The position numbers and the translations under genes are program-made. Positions 51,646-64,000 of a DNA stretch of 64,000 nucleotides are shown here, one piece after another. Under the pieces are notes generated by a model, which made no database searches, had not been told where the DNA came from, and worked only from the letters and a program-made list of their open reading frames with translations. Each line of letters opens with the position of its first letter. The stretch's first letter is position 1. This DNA is from Callorhinchus milii (Eukaryota): the NCBI RefSeq assembly GCF_018977255.1, contig NW_024704743.1, positions 14,324,001 to 14,388,000 of the forward strand, written 5' to 3'.

Positions 51646-54600
51646 AACTAATTCCAGAGAGTATTGGGCACAGATTGCCAAGAGATGAGGCTTGGAGTCC
51701 CCAACGTGTGAGTAAGATGTGCTGCTGTTTTTCTACTGTTGATCCTAACAAAATTACAATGACCTTGTAAGAAGTTCCCTGTTTCAAAAATACAGTCATA
51801 TTTTCCATTTAAATGATGGAACAGAACATTGAGTGTATTTACATTCAGAATGATACACTATTGTAATGAGATGGAAAATGAGTCCATAGCACATAAATCA
51901 ATGTTCAAAACCACCATGACTGAATATGATCATCCCAATGGTCAGTGCTAAATCAAGATGTGCATGGTATAATACTGGCACCAAAATGATCATTAGGCAC
52001 TTTAGTTGATCCTATCATAACTTGAAGGCAATATCAATATTTTAGCATCTCTTTATATATCAGACTGATTAATAGGCAGACAACTAATCTGTATATAAAG
52101 CAGCAGAGGCAAAAAACAGAAGCTCGATACAGCACTACATAAATACATGTCTCAGACTGAACCATCGGGACTTTGTTCACAAGTTGATCTCAAATATAAA
52201 CATGGGTGGGGAAGAAGAGGGAAAACAGTGGCGAGAGATGGAAAGGGGAAAAGCTAATCAGATGGACCATGGCATTTCCGGAGATCAGTCATAAGAAGGT
52301 CTGAACTCAGCAATTCTGTAGCTGCAATGAAACAAAATCACTGTGTTGCATGTATGATCCAGAGCACTGTGTAGCCTGTGGAAGAGCTGAATGGCTTCCT
52401 CCTGAGCTGTAATTTCTATGATTCTAAATCTCTTTTGAGGAGTGCAGAATGATCTACAACAACAACTTGCATTTATATAGTAACCTTCACATGGGGTAGT
52501 GTCCTGGAGCGCTTACTTAATTCTAAGGGCAGATGCTCCTACACATGCATTGAGCTAAGGACATCTGTGTCAGATTGTAACCGAGTGCCAAGCGATGCAT
52601 GGTTGCAAAAGAAGATGTTCTAAATTGAAGTAAGACTGTTGTTGACAAAATTTACATTGCCGTAAATAGCCACTAGATAGGAGTGCTCTCTTCCCAAGAA
52701 GTGGAAACTTCTGTTCGGACATGCATGCCCGCCATTTTTGTTTCCTTAAAACTGTTTTTGGAGACCGTTATTATGGTACATATAATTTACATCATGTAAA
52801 CGAGAAATGGTACCATTTTGTGTCATGTGGAATCTGTAGGACTGACCCAAAGGAAACATATTTCCAACGTACTAAATATAAGTTGTGTTTTCCTATTGAT
52901 CTTCATGGGAACTGCAATTACGTTGAAAAAGCTTCAAGGTGGATTTGCTCAGTATTCAAGGAGGAGGTGCATAGTTTTTGCATTGGATCTACCCTTTGGT
53001 CACTTTTTTCACAATATCTGCCATAAACCATTGTTTAGTAATGGTGTCCTTTATGTATGTAATCTGCTGTTGACGTGGCCAAACCCCGGGAAGAACCCGA
53101 TACTGAACAAACCCAGACCCAAAGCCACCTGGCTATGACAGTGTGAGTTTTGTTTGTGCAAAGATTGCCATTTCAATAGCAATGTACTCCATGATACGTT
53201 GGATATTACGTGCATTGGATGTACAGCTTACATTATTGCTCAGGATGGAAAACATGTATCGCCACAGCAACAGCAGTAACAGTGATATGCAAAAGCCAGT
53301 TCTGTAGAAATGACAATTAAATCTCTGGATGCTGGACTGTATTGAAAAATTAAGAATTGCTGATGCACTATTATAGGATTTCACATCTCTGATCTTCTAT
53401 CTCCCGTTAAATCCCAGGTTATTTGAGAATTTAAGTGCAGAACGGCACCATGCTCGCTGCTTCACAGACTTTGAATAGAAGACACGTTTGTTATCCATGA
53501 AGTTATTTAATTTATAATTTATTATGTCTCTGTGAGTGAAATAAGGAAGAAAGTGACAACTGCAGATTTTGATTATGATTGTTTTACGGCTGAGCTGATT
53601 TTAAATTATACATGGGAAGCCAAATATAGAAAATAATCTGTTTATACAGACAAAGTGCCAGAGGCATAAGATTGTGAGTATCTATTTATGCATATCTATT
53701 TATCATTTTGCTTCCCAAATACGTATTTTATGTTGGTTACATTTGATGTTGATTTGAGATCCCCTTTTTCCCTTGATCCATTTTACACTGTGTCTGCAAT
53801 TTTAAATGAATAATCACACTTATTTTAATTAAAGATATTGCTCCGAAAATAATGAACTGAAAACTTTTCAACTTTGCATTTTGGATTATCAAATTATTTT
53901 CAACATGACACATTTCTCCCTATACAACAAGAATTTTTTTATTTATTCAGCGCTTTTTATCTCAGGAGGACACCTCAAAGCACTTCACAGAGCCAGCTGT
54001 ACACCAAAGCTGGGGTGAGGAATAACCAAATGTGCAGTTAAATAGGTAAATCTCAATATGGACTTTATTAGTGAGGAAGGAAGGGGTGAGGCAAAGGGAC
54101 TCCGGGGTAGAGTTGCAGACTGAAAGACTGAAAGCTCGGACTTTATGGTGGGGCAGATTGAAGGGTTCATGAATCAGGGACATATACCTAAGTATCACAA
54201 AAAAAACAATATTGGCATAACTCATAGGGGTGAAAGTTGTGACGTGTGCTGTGTTAGTAAACATCAGTGATAATTCAGAGCTGATACAATCAAACTCTTG
54301 GGTATAAATTCCAGTGATCATTACACACATTGCCTTTGGCTGCACTATATGTATATACAATATATATGTAGGATATCAATAAGGATCACTTTTGGACAAG
54401 TTAGTCTAATAAGTGATATCATAAATAATTACATTAGGTTAAATAAAGCCTAAAAACATTTTACTATTCCAGTAAGATCATAAACTATTTAAAAACATAA
54501 TTTAATAACACCTGCTAAAATGTTCCAAACCACAAATTGGATTAGATAGTGTAGTGTCAGTCAAGGCAGCAATGATGCATTCTGTCTAAAGTGTAGTGAC

Positions 54601-57600
54601 TGTGCATTTTGTAGGCGGACGTGACAGTCAATTTGCACCCAACAATGTCCCCCAAGCAGCTAAGAAATGAATGATTAGCTTTATTTGGGGGATTGTTGGC
54701 AGGACACCGGGAGAAACTCCCTCTTTTTTCAAATATTGCCATAGAATCTTTAACATCCATGTGAACTGATAGATGGGACATTAGTTTAAATTTGACAATG
54801 CAGCCTCTGCTAACACTCATTGGAGTGTCAGCCTAGACTATGAGTTCAAAGTTCCATACAACCTTCTGACTCAGAGGAAGAATACGTATTTTTTAAGGAT
54901 AAAATTCAACACAATCTTCTAGGATTGGATATTAACAATCTAATAATCTACAAGACCCATTGGATGTTGTAATATCACTCTGTTAAATATCAACAACAAC
55001 TTTCACTTATGTTGCATCTTTCACTTAGGAAAATGCCTTAAAACACTTTATTGAGAAAGATGATAGGGTAGGAAGGAGGTGGCCAAAGGCACAGTTATAG
55101 AGTTAAGTGTTTACGTGGATTTTAGGGAGAGTTCCCTGGAGCACAGGAAAAGTGACTATAAGCTTTCCCACTGATATCGGAGAAAAGGTAACTCAGTGAC
55201 ATTATCTTGGCTTGTAAACCATTTGACAGGACAATCATCTTTTGAGGTTGCCTTTCATTAAGAAGACATTGAAGGGGATGTACTGTATGGACAAGTTAAA
55301 TGAAATGCTTCTGTAAAATACACAGATATATAAGACAGTGTTAGCTTTACAGCATGAAAATTAAAAATCAAGAACAGCAAGTTTAACCTCTGTGGCTTAT
55401 CAGTGTGCTTTTTTTTATCCTCCTTTAATTGCAAAATGAACCTTGGCGAGATATCCGTTTAAATCAGGTGAAACAAAAGTGAATAAGATGAGACAGATGT
55501 CAGATTCACAATGAAATAGTAACATGTCATGTTTAGTAGAACAGTACATAATGCAAAAACAGGGGCTGCAAAGTTATGACTTAAATAGAGATCAATACTA
55601 TACAAGAGAGTAATATAGATTTTTATGTATTTATGTATTTATTCTTCAACTTCTATATTTTTGCTGCTCAAAATGAGCAATAGCAGTCCTATGAAATATT
55701 AACTGATCACCACTCTGAGCATCTTGCACTCCCAGGTCAAGTATAGCACTGTTGACTGCAGCACAAAGTTTCTGTTGCTTGACCCCCAACTGAACAGCAC
55801 CAATACACCCATTTATATCTCCTACACTCGTCATCCTCAAATTGCCTGATATCCCCATTAACATTATCTCCATGTGCTTTGGCAGGTGCCCAATTCACAG
55901 TCAAAACGTTCCAAGTTAGAGCTCGTGCATCTCTAAGAGAGGTGGCTTAAGTCCACGTCTCCACTCACAACAACATGCTCATGTGCCAATGGAGGCAGCT
56001 GTGACTATTTGCTACAATCAGCAGAGAAGTTAAAATGTGCACAATCTAAATCATGTTGTTTACAGAATTTTTGGAGTGTAGAATACATCCTCAGCCTTTG
56101 GGTCAGCACTGAGAGCACTGCAGGTAGCATTATAAAATCATTCCTGCAACCCAGAACAACAACAACCTGCGTTTATATAGCACCCATCACACAGGGTAGA
56201 GCCTCAGAGTGCTTAAATAAGTGTCAATTCAATGCCATATTGTGGATAGATCCTGTGACTCTAACTACCTTGCTTCTGATTAGCGCGGGTCCACTAGAAA
56301 CCTGTGCTGCATTCAAACCAGCACCCAACTGGAGGGACATACCATTGGGCCTGTTCTGTGCTAGGACCATCCCAGGTAGATCCAAGTCATATGGTACTGA
56401 ATTGCAGGATTTTATTAAAACCATTTCAGAATTGTTATTTTTGTTTGATCTTGTGATATGGTGAGTATCATTCACAAATCTGTGACCCGGAAAAGACCCA
56501 CACAGAAAAACAGGCTTCAGCTATCTTCTAGTAAGATGCTTATGGTTCTTTGTTTCCCAGCTGCTGCCTTATGTCTATTCGAGCAAAGTGATGTGACTGC
56601 TCTGTCATGTGCTGCTGAAAAGGCATGGAATACCGACATTGAGCAGCCTGTATATTCAGTTTTGCTTCAGGCAATCCTATCGTGTGAAATTCAATTGTTA
56701 TCAGGAGAGTGCCTTCATGAGGCTGTTTCTATGAAGTTTCTTGGATACAGGGCTTTCAGGCAATGGGCAAAAATTGTTTCATTTCAAGAGGCAGCATTTG
56801 ATCTGTCCTGAATTAATGGCGTCATACCCCAATCAGCCTCCAGACAAGCGTATCATTCTCGTTCAGATGCTCATCCACCTGCTGTATTTCTTTTCTTGTT
56901 CTTTAAGGCTGTGGGAGGAAAAGTGGGGGGAATTGGATATTATCACCGGTGATAATTATCACATCAGACAACACCGATAAGGTCATAGGAGTCAACAGTT
57001 ATCACTGGCCTAGGCCTGGGATTGACCACTAATTCTTGAAAGTTGAAAATTACCACCAGTATTATCAGATATTGCATTTTTGCCCCAATAAATGTTGGAG
57101 TCCAACTGCCAGTTTTAAAAGAGGGATTCTTTATAAAGGAATGCAAATGGGGAAGTCCCTTTGTTAACAGTCAGTCTGAGAGAACGCAACTCAAAACGGA
57201 TTTACTTCTAGTTGTTAATACGAATTTTGACAGGGATTCCTTATTATGCGTTACTCCTCCAATTAAGGAATTTCTCAAAGCAGACCCACTCTATTTTAGG
57301 CATTTTTTTCGCCATAGGATTTCCAGAGACCATAGAATTGCATCAAATAACTTGTTGCACTGAGGAGATATTCTTTCCCCGCAGGCTGCAAGCCTGAACT
57401 TGTGCACAATAATGAACCGTGGCATCTAATGATGACCTGCTGTTTCTCTAATATTTCACCTGGCAGACAGTGATGGGCTTTAGGACATCATTGGCAGCAT
57501 TCCGACACAGTGAGACGGAAATAACACAGCTTTAGGGAACTATGATAGATTTGCCAATTATTCCAATTATTTTACATTTTTCACGACCTAGCATGATGTG

Positions 57601-58204
57601 ACTAGACAATCTGTTACATTTTATTTGCCTCTCTAGAATACATCAGTTGAATCATGTTGTTGTCTATATTTAGCAACACTGGCAGACTCCTGAGGATTTC
57701 CTGTATGTGTAGAAAACCGTGGCCACAGACAACCAGAACATACTCAGTGTCCACACATATTAAATTCTGTGAGGAGCACTTAAATGTATCTCAGGTTCGC
57801 CTGCTCACTCACACAATTTTGTGGCAGTGCAAGAGGTTGACTGTCATGATTCATACTGCATGAATTGAGATGTATTTTATATATAACAATGTATGTGTAT
57901 ATAGCAATTTCCAGGTTTAGCAGATGAAACTGCAGAGAGAAATATGTTTTATTTTCATAAGTGGTTTTCTGATAAATCCAGATCAACATGATATAAATAA
58001 ATATATCATAAATATATTCTAATAAATATGATAAAATGCACCCTGTAAATCCTCCCTAATAAAAACACTAATAATCCTTTCATTTGATATAGCGTCTTTG
58101 ACATCAGGAGGACATTCCAAAGCGCTATATTGTAAAGGGGGCTGACAGTATTGTTTTGTGGGCATAATTCTATTCATCAGAGAACCTATTCTGATCACTA
58201 TTTA

Positions 58205-58410
58205 CAACAATAACAACAATGTCAGGAGGACGGCCCAAGGCGTTGGACAGTCAGGGATTTGGACCCTAGCTGGGGGTTGGGATCAGAAGGGGTGGAGGGC
58301 AGGGAATATTGGGGTAAGAGGGTGACTGAAGGCACAGTCAAAGAGGAGGGTCTTGAGACAGGCCTTGAAAGAGGCGAGGGAGGGAGCGAGGTGAGGGGAC
58401 TGTGGGATGG
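58205..58410 (-). mobile_element. L2 3' fragment
   Basis: Homologous to the 3' UTR of the other L2 copies (SLASFKACLKTLLF). Confidence 0.8.
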
Positions 58411-58744
58411 ATCTTTCCAATGTGAAAGGCACTATATAAATGTACATTGCATTGTGCACTTGTATTAACTCAGGCTCAGTGAACAACAACAGCAATGGCA
58501 GCCTGCAAATGCCAACTTTGAGGCCAATCACTGTGCCAAAGCCAGTTGGATGGGGTTGAGTTCACCTCAGTGACCATTCTTTGGTTATTTACCCCAACTG
58601 TCAGCAAGATGACAAATATTACTGTGATAATTAGCACATCACTGGGGAGAAATTCCACCTGGGTCTAGATTACTCTATTTATGTAGCATTTTAGAGCATC
58701 CAGAATTCGTCAACTCGAATTTAAGTCTTAATTCTGAGTTTTAA

Positions 58745-59250
58745 TTAGGAATTCTGCAACTCATGTTCTCTCCTGCGACAAGCTCCAAGAGCCGATCACC
58801 ACCATCTTCCTCCAGCTTCACTGGCTCACAGAGGATTGAGTTTAAGATCCTTGTCCTCACTTTTAAAGCCCTCCACAGTCTTGCTCCTACCTTCCTCTGC
58901 TAAAACCTTACCTATCTGACCACCTCCTCTGCTTGGCGGGCACTGGTCTGCTCCATGTCCCCCGCCCTGCCCGTCCCATCATTGGCAGTTGGACCTTCGG
59001 CCCTTCTGCGCTCACTCGCTGAAACTCCATCCCAGAATTCCTTTACCTCACCCCCTTCCTTGCCTCCTTCAAGGCCTGTTTGAAAACTTTCCTCTTTGAT
59101 TGTGCCTCCTGTCATCCTCTCACCCCTTGCCCTCCACCCCTCTTGATTCCAACCCTCCAGCTCGGGCGCAAACCCTTGACTGTCCAGTGTCTTGGGATGT
59201 CCTCCGAACGTTAAAGTTGTTATATTAATTTAATTTGTTGTCATTGTTAT
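58745..59250 (+). mobile_element. L2 3' fragment
   Basis: cttcactggctc, tttaagatccttgtcctcacttttaaagccctccac, L2 tail. Confidence 0.85.
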
Positions 59251-59629
59251 TAAGTTTTTTCTGTAGTTTTTGAAGGACCTTAAAGAAAACTCACTTTAAA
59301 ACCAAGACTGTATTTAAGAATTTGCCAAATTCTGGATATTGTATAATACTACATAAATACAGTCCCTGTAGAATTTCTAACCCCATATGTTTCAATTTTC
59401 AAAGCAGTATTCCAGATGTGGCTCTACCAGTGATCTCTTCAAATTTGCAATGACTTTGTGTTTTTTATAAACTGGCTTGGAGCTACTTTTTACCCAATCA
59501 CTGGTCAGTGTTGGTCTCAAATTCAAAACAAACAGAATCCACTGAAAATGGAGATAGCAAAACTGTTCCCTTTTTTGAAGTAATAAGTAAATAAGTACTT
59601 GCAGTATTAAATAGACTATAATATATATA

Positions 59630-59978
59630 ATATGGCTCAGTTGGTAGCACTTTCTAACCTTTGAGTCAGAAGGATGTGGGTTCAAGCCCCATGGCAGGAT
59701 TTGGTACTCATATAGTCTTTACTGATATTCCATTAGAGTGCTGGGATATGACACATTGTTGGAGATGCTGTCCTTCATTTGAGACATTAGGATGAGGCTC
59801 CTTCTGGTTGTTCAGGTAGACGTTTATGATCCCATGGCACTATTTGCAAAGAGGTGTCCTGGTCAACAACCCCCAAATAAAATTGATCATTCACTCCATG
59901 GCTGTTTGTGACGCATTTCTGTGTGCAAATTGGCTGCTGTCTTCACCTACAAGACACACAGTCACTTTACTGTACATC
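59630..59978 (+). mobile_element. SINE family B
   Basis: ggctcagttggtagcact..gagtcagaagg.tgtgggttcaagcccc head plus Deu-like core. Confidence 0.82.
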
Positions 59979-59979
59979 C

Positions 59980-60420
59980 TTTGAAGGAGTGGGGCAATGT
60001 GGAGGGATTGAGGGAGAGAGTTCCAGAGTTTCTGAGCATTGTGGCTGAAGGCACAGCCACTGATGGTGGATTGGAGTGGACGAGGGTCAAACAGGAGACC
60101 GGAGCCAGCCGAGTAGAGGCAACAGGTGGTGGATTAGGGGGTAAGCAGATTGGATAAGTGGGGAGGTGCCAGGGCATGAAGAGATTTGAAAATGAGTGAG
60201 AGGACCTTGAAACCGATCCTTTGATGATTGGGAGCTAGTGGAGCTTGGCAAGGACTGGTATGATGGGGGCACAGAGTTTTGTGCGGGTGAATATCCAGGT
60301 GTGGAGTTTTGAATTAATTGTATTTTATGTATGGTGGAGCTGGGGAGACCAGCGAGGAGGGCACTGGAATAGTCCAGCCAGGAAGTGACGAAAGCGTGGA
60401 CAAAGATTGCGGCTGCAATA
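59980..60420 (-). mobile_element. Older L2 fragment
   Basis: [20 protein letters not shown]...IQLIQNS. Confidence 0.8.
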
Positions 60421-61374
60421 TTACAATACTGTAATATCGGAGATGGAAATTTGTCTGGCACTCTAAGGAACAGGATACTTTATGGGAATGATACTATACT
60501 CTTCTGCTGCTGTATATACAAGAGTGTCTAATCTTTTCATACAGCTCCCAGAGGTATAAAAACACAACATTCTGCAAATTCACAGTATGTTATTGCATTT
60601 TCTGATTTTGCCTCAGAGGGAAGAAGTGAGAAAAGGAAGCAGAGAGGGAAGTAACTGGGGAAAATGGCGTAAGAGATTTTGCAAAGATAAAAGAGTATGG
60701 GAAAACTAACAGAGATAGGAAAAATAAGAGAGAGAAAGAAAGTAGCCATGCTACATGCTTTTACAGGAATGCTGTAAGTACAATATACAAATAAAGTGAG
60801 AGAAGTAGAAGCACAAATACACCTGCAATGATATGATGTGATAACAATTACAAAGGGATGGATAAAGCCTGGTCAAAACTGGGAGTTGAATATGCCGGGA
60901 TATAGGATCTTTAGAAGGACAAAAGGAAGAGTAGCATTTATCAATAAAATATATAATTATGGCGGTTGAAAGGAGTAAAATATAACAAGCCTTGTCTTTG
61001 ATATAGCATATTATCATGTCATTGAGACAACTCAAAGCGCTTCACAGGATTTCACTGTGAAGTGTTGTGATTGTGTATGTGTAGGTTTCAGCCAACTTGT
61101 GCTTATCAATAAGGATGATAATCAGTAAATAGAATCTGTGGGTAAAAGTGCAGAATAGGAATAGATGCAAAACACTGCCAGCAGTTTTCATAGATCTCCT
61201 GACGGTGATAATGTAATAGAGGAATGCATGTACAAGCATTGTAAAAGAAAAAATATAGTTATAATGGAAGATTTAAACTTGCATACAGAGAGAAGTATAA
61301 CAGTACCAATAGAAAAGGCATGCGTTTCTTGAATGTGTGTAGGACAGTTTTGTAAAACAACACTGTAATATGAG

Positions 61375-62128
61375 TTAGATGGTATGGAAATATAGGCTAG
61401 ATGGTACAATCTTAAAGGGGGAGAATGAATAGAGAGACCTGGGGGTTCATATAAGTAAATCTTTGAAGGTGGCAGGGCAGGGGTAAATAAAGCTGTTAAA
61501 AAAAGCATACAAGATACTAGGCTTTATAAATAGGGGCATAGAATACAAAAGTCAGGAAATTATGATGAACCTTTATAAAACACTGGTTAGATCCTCAGCT
61601 AGAGACTGTGTTCAGTTCTGGGCACCACACTTTAGGAAGGATGTCAAGGCATTGGAGAGGGTGCATTGGAGAAGAATGAGGGACTTCAGTTATGAGGAGA
61701 GGCTAGAGAAGCTGGGATTATTCTCCTTGGAGCAGAGAAGGTTAACAGGAGACTTAATAGAAGTTTTTAAATTATGAAGGGATTTGATAGGGTGAACAAG
61801 GAGAAACCATTTCCACTGGTGGGTGGGTCGGTAACCGGAGGACACCAATTTAAAATAGTTGTTAGAAACAGAAGGGAGGTGAGGAGAAATGTTTGTACGC
61901 AGCGAGTTGTTTGGATCTGGAATGCATTATCTGAAAGGGTGGTGGAAGCTGATTCAATACAGCTTTTAAGAGGGAAGTAGATAATTATTTGGGGAGGACA
62001 AGTTTGCAGGGATATGGAGAGAGAGCGGGGAATGGGATTGAATTGGATAGCTCTTTTCAAAGAGCCAGCACAGATACGATAGGCTGAATGGCTTCCTTCT
62101 GTGTTATATAATTCTATAATTCTATGAT
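61375..62128 (+). mobile_element. CR1 LINE 3' fragment
   Basis: CVQFWAPHFRKD, RLEKLGLFSLE, QRVVWIWNAL; tail ataattctataattctat. Confidence 0.9.
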
Positions 62129-62607
62129 AACATGTCTTCGTAGCAACAAGGGATCAGGCCATACTCAACTTAGTTATGATTATGAGTAAAGAGTCAGAAA
62201 TAGCTACAAATCTGGTGGTACGGGAACATCTTGGGAACAGTGACCATAATATGACCGAATTTAATGTCAGGTTTGAAGGGGAGAAAGGAGGATCACAAAA
62301 TAAAGTTTTGGACTTAAACAAGGGCAACTTTGAAGAAGTGAGGAGAAACCAATTAGCCAGAATAAGGTGGTAGAAGTTGTTAATTGGCAAATCAACTGGC
62401 AAACAATGGATAAGATGCTAAGAAGTAATTCGTACCTATTTGTATTTACCCTTGAAAGGCGAAGGCTGCACTTCTGGGATGATGCAACTATGGTCAAATA
62501 AGCTGCTTAAGCAAAAAGATGAAACAGTAAAGGACATTGGCAAGATTGTAGCCCAGAAGGAATATAGATAGTAGCAAAAGGGGACCAAGAAGATAATACA
62601 AGGCTGA

Positions 62608-62920
62608 ATAATAATAATAATCCTTGCATTTGATATAGCGCTTTTCATGTCTTCTAGATGTCTCAAAGCACCTCACAGAATATGCTGTAAAGTGAATTGA
62701 CTGTACATTTGTGGGCGAAACGCGGCAGCCAATTGCGCACAGCAGTGTCCCACAAACAGTCGTGGATTGAAAATGACCAATTTATTATTGTTTTATTTTG
62801 GACGGATTACATTAGGTGTGTGGAGTAAGGAAACTTGCCCAAAGTTTCGCCCTGCCTGGAATTGAACTCGGGTGTCTCGCTTGCAAGGCGAGTGCTCTAA
62901 CCACTGAACTACAGGACTCC
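62608..62920 (-). mobile_element. SINE family A, full length, inside old CR1
   Basis: Same sequence family. Confidence 0.92.
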
Positions 62921-62949
62921 ACGGATTGGAATATGAGACAAAAATTGCA

Positions 62950-63697
62950 GATTACATAGAATTACATAGAATATACAGCACAGAAAAGGCCATTCAGCTC
63001 AACTGGTCTATGCTGGCATTTATGCTCCACATAAACACTCTACATGAGCCTCCTCCTGTCCTTTCTCAACTAAGCCTATCAGCATAACCTTCTATTCCTT
63101 TCTCCCTCATGTACTTATCTAGTTTCCCCTTAAATGCATCTATGCTATTCGCCTCAACTATTCTTTGTGGTAGCAAGATCCACATTCCTACCTCTCTCCT
63201 GGTAAAGAAGTTTCTTCTGATTTCACTATTTGATTTATTGGTGACTATTTTATATTTACGGCCCCTGGTTTTGGGCTTCCCCACAAGTGGAAATTTCTTC
63301 TCTATGTCTACCCTATCAAAACCTTTCATAATTTTAACAACCTCTATTAGGTCACCCTTCACCCTTCTCTTTTCAAGAGAAAAAAGTCCAAGCTTGTTCA
63401 GCCTTTCCTGATAGGTATAATCTCGCAGTTCCAGTGCCATCCTTGTAAATCTCCTTTACACCTTCTCCAGTACCTCTATATCTTTTCTATAATATGGTAA
63501 CCAGAACTGTACACAGTACTTCAAATGTGGTCTAACCAAGGTTTGATATACGTTTAGCATAACTTCCCTGCTTTTCATTTCTATCCCTCGGGAAATTAAG
63601 CCCAACACTTGGTTAGCTTTTTTTATGGCCTTATTAACCTGTGTCGCTACTTTTAGCGATTGTACCCCTAGATCCCTTTGCTCCTCTACCCCCAAAT
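62950..63697 (-). mobile_element. CR1 LINE 3' fragment
   Basis: ORFs 63066-63440 and 63456-63722 (QRDLGV, RPHLKYCVQFW, RLNKLGLFSLEKRR); tandem tail (ttctatgtaa)2 on the minus strand. Confidence 0.92.
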
Positions 63698-64000
63698 GAT
63701 ATGAGGAGTAACAGCAAAGCATTTTATAAATATATCAAGAGAAAGAGGGTGGTGAAGGAGGGTATAGGTCCAGATACAAGTGTCACATGGGCAGAGGATA
63801 AGGACAAGGCATGGATAATAAATATTTTGTTTTCCTCTACATAGTGGAAGGAGGATGAAATAGCAAATGTTCAAAGAAAGCTAGAGTTTAAAGTAGGGTA
63901 GAAACTTAAAGATTTGTGGAACACTGCTGTGCACAATTGGCTGCCACGTTTTGCCCACAAAATACACAGTCAATTCACTTTACAGTATATTCTATGAAGC

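Larger units (their letters stand above)
60770..63900 (+). mobile_element. Old CR1 endonuclease/linker region fragmented by several nested insertions
   Basis: Collinear pieces: WELNMPGYRIFR-like (~60880), IVIMEDLN (~61255), EHLGNSDHN (~62225), NSKAFYKYIKRKR (~63710). Confidence 0.7.

Noticed and set aside
63600..63900. Twin-priming 5' inversion of the 62950-63697 CR1
   Set aside because: The plus-strand piece continues the older CR1 from 62922-62950, so nested insertion explains it better.
36000..64000. A second host gene upstream of STAC
   Set aside because: No ORF or exon chain with recognisable non-transposon protein similarity was found by eye; small exons cannot be excluded without homology search or RNA-seq.

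Overview
Vertebrate genomic DNA, most likely from a cartilaginous fish. This is inferred from the repeat families (CR1 and L2 LINEs, Deu-domain tRNA SINEs, a Penelope-type end) and is not proven. The only supportable host gene is the 5' part of STAC (STAC1, SH3 and cysteine-rich domain adaptor) on the minus strand. It has five coding exons (34489-34379, 19611-19338, 4289-4189, 889-808, 705-590) that join in frame through GT-AG introns to give 228 codons with an intact C1 zinc finger; the SH3 exons must lie left of the window. Exon 1 sits in a small CpG-rich island between a long (CA/GT) microsatellite, a (CT/GA) tract and a G-rich minisatellite. The rest (two ~15 kb introns and ~28 kb upstream) is mostly decayed retroposons, often nested. 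I found no convincing new protein-coding system. The most notable non-coding signals are a Penelope-type hammerhead ribozyme remnant, a 118-bp near-perfect inverted duplication, a pre-miRNA-sized hairpin, a modular SINE family sharing its tail with the local L2, and the unusual promoter layout. Repeat boundaries are approximate and were read by eye.
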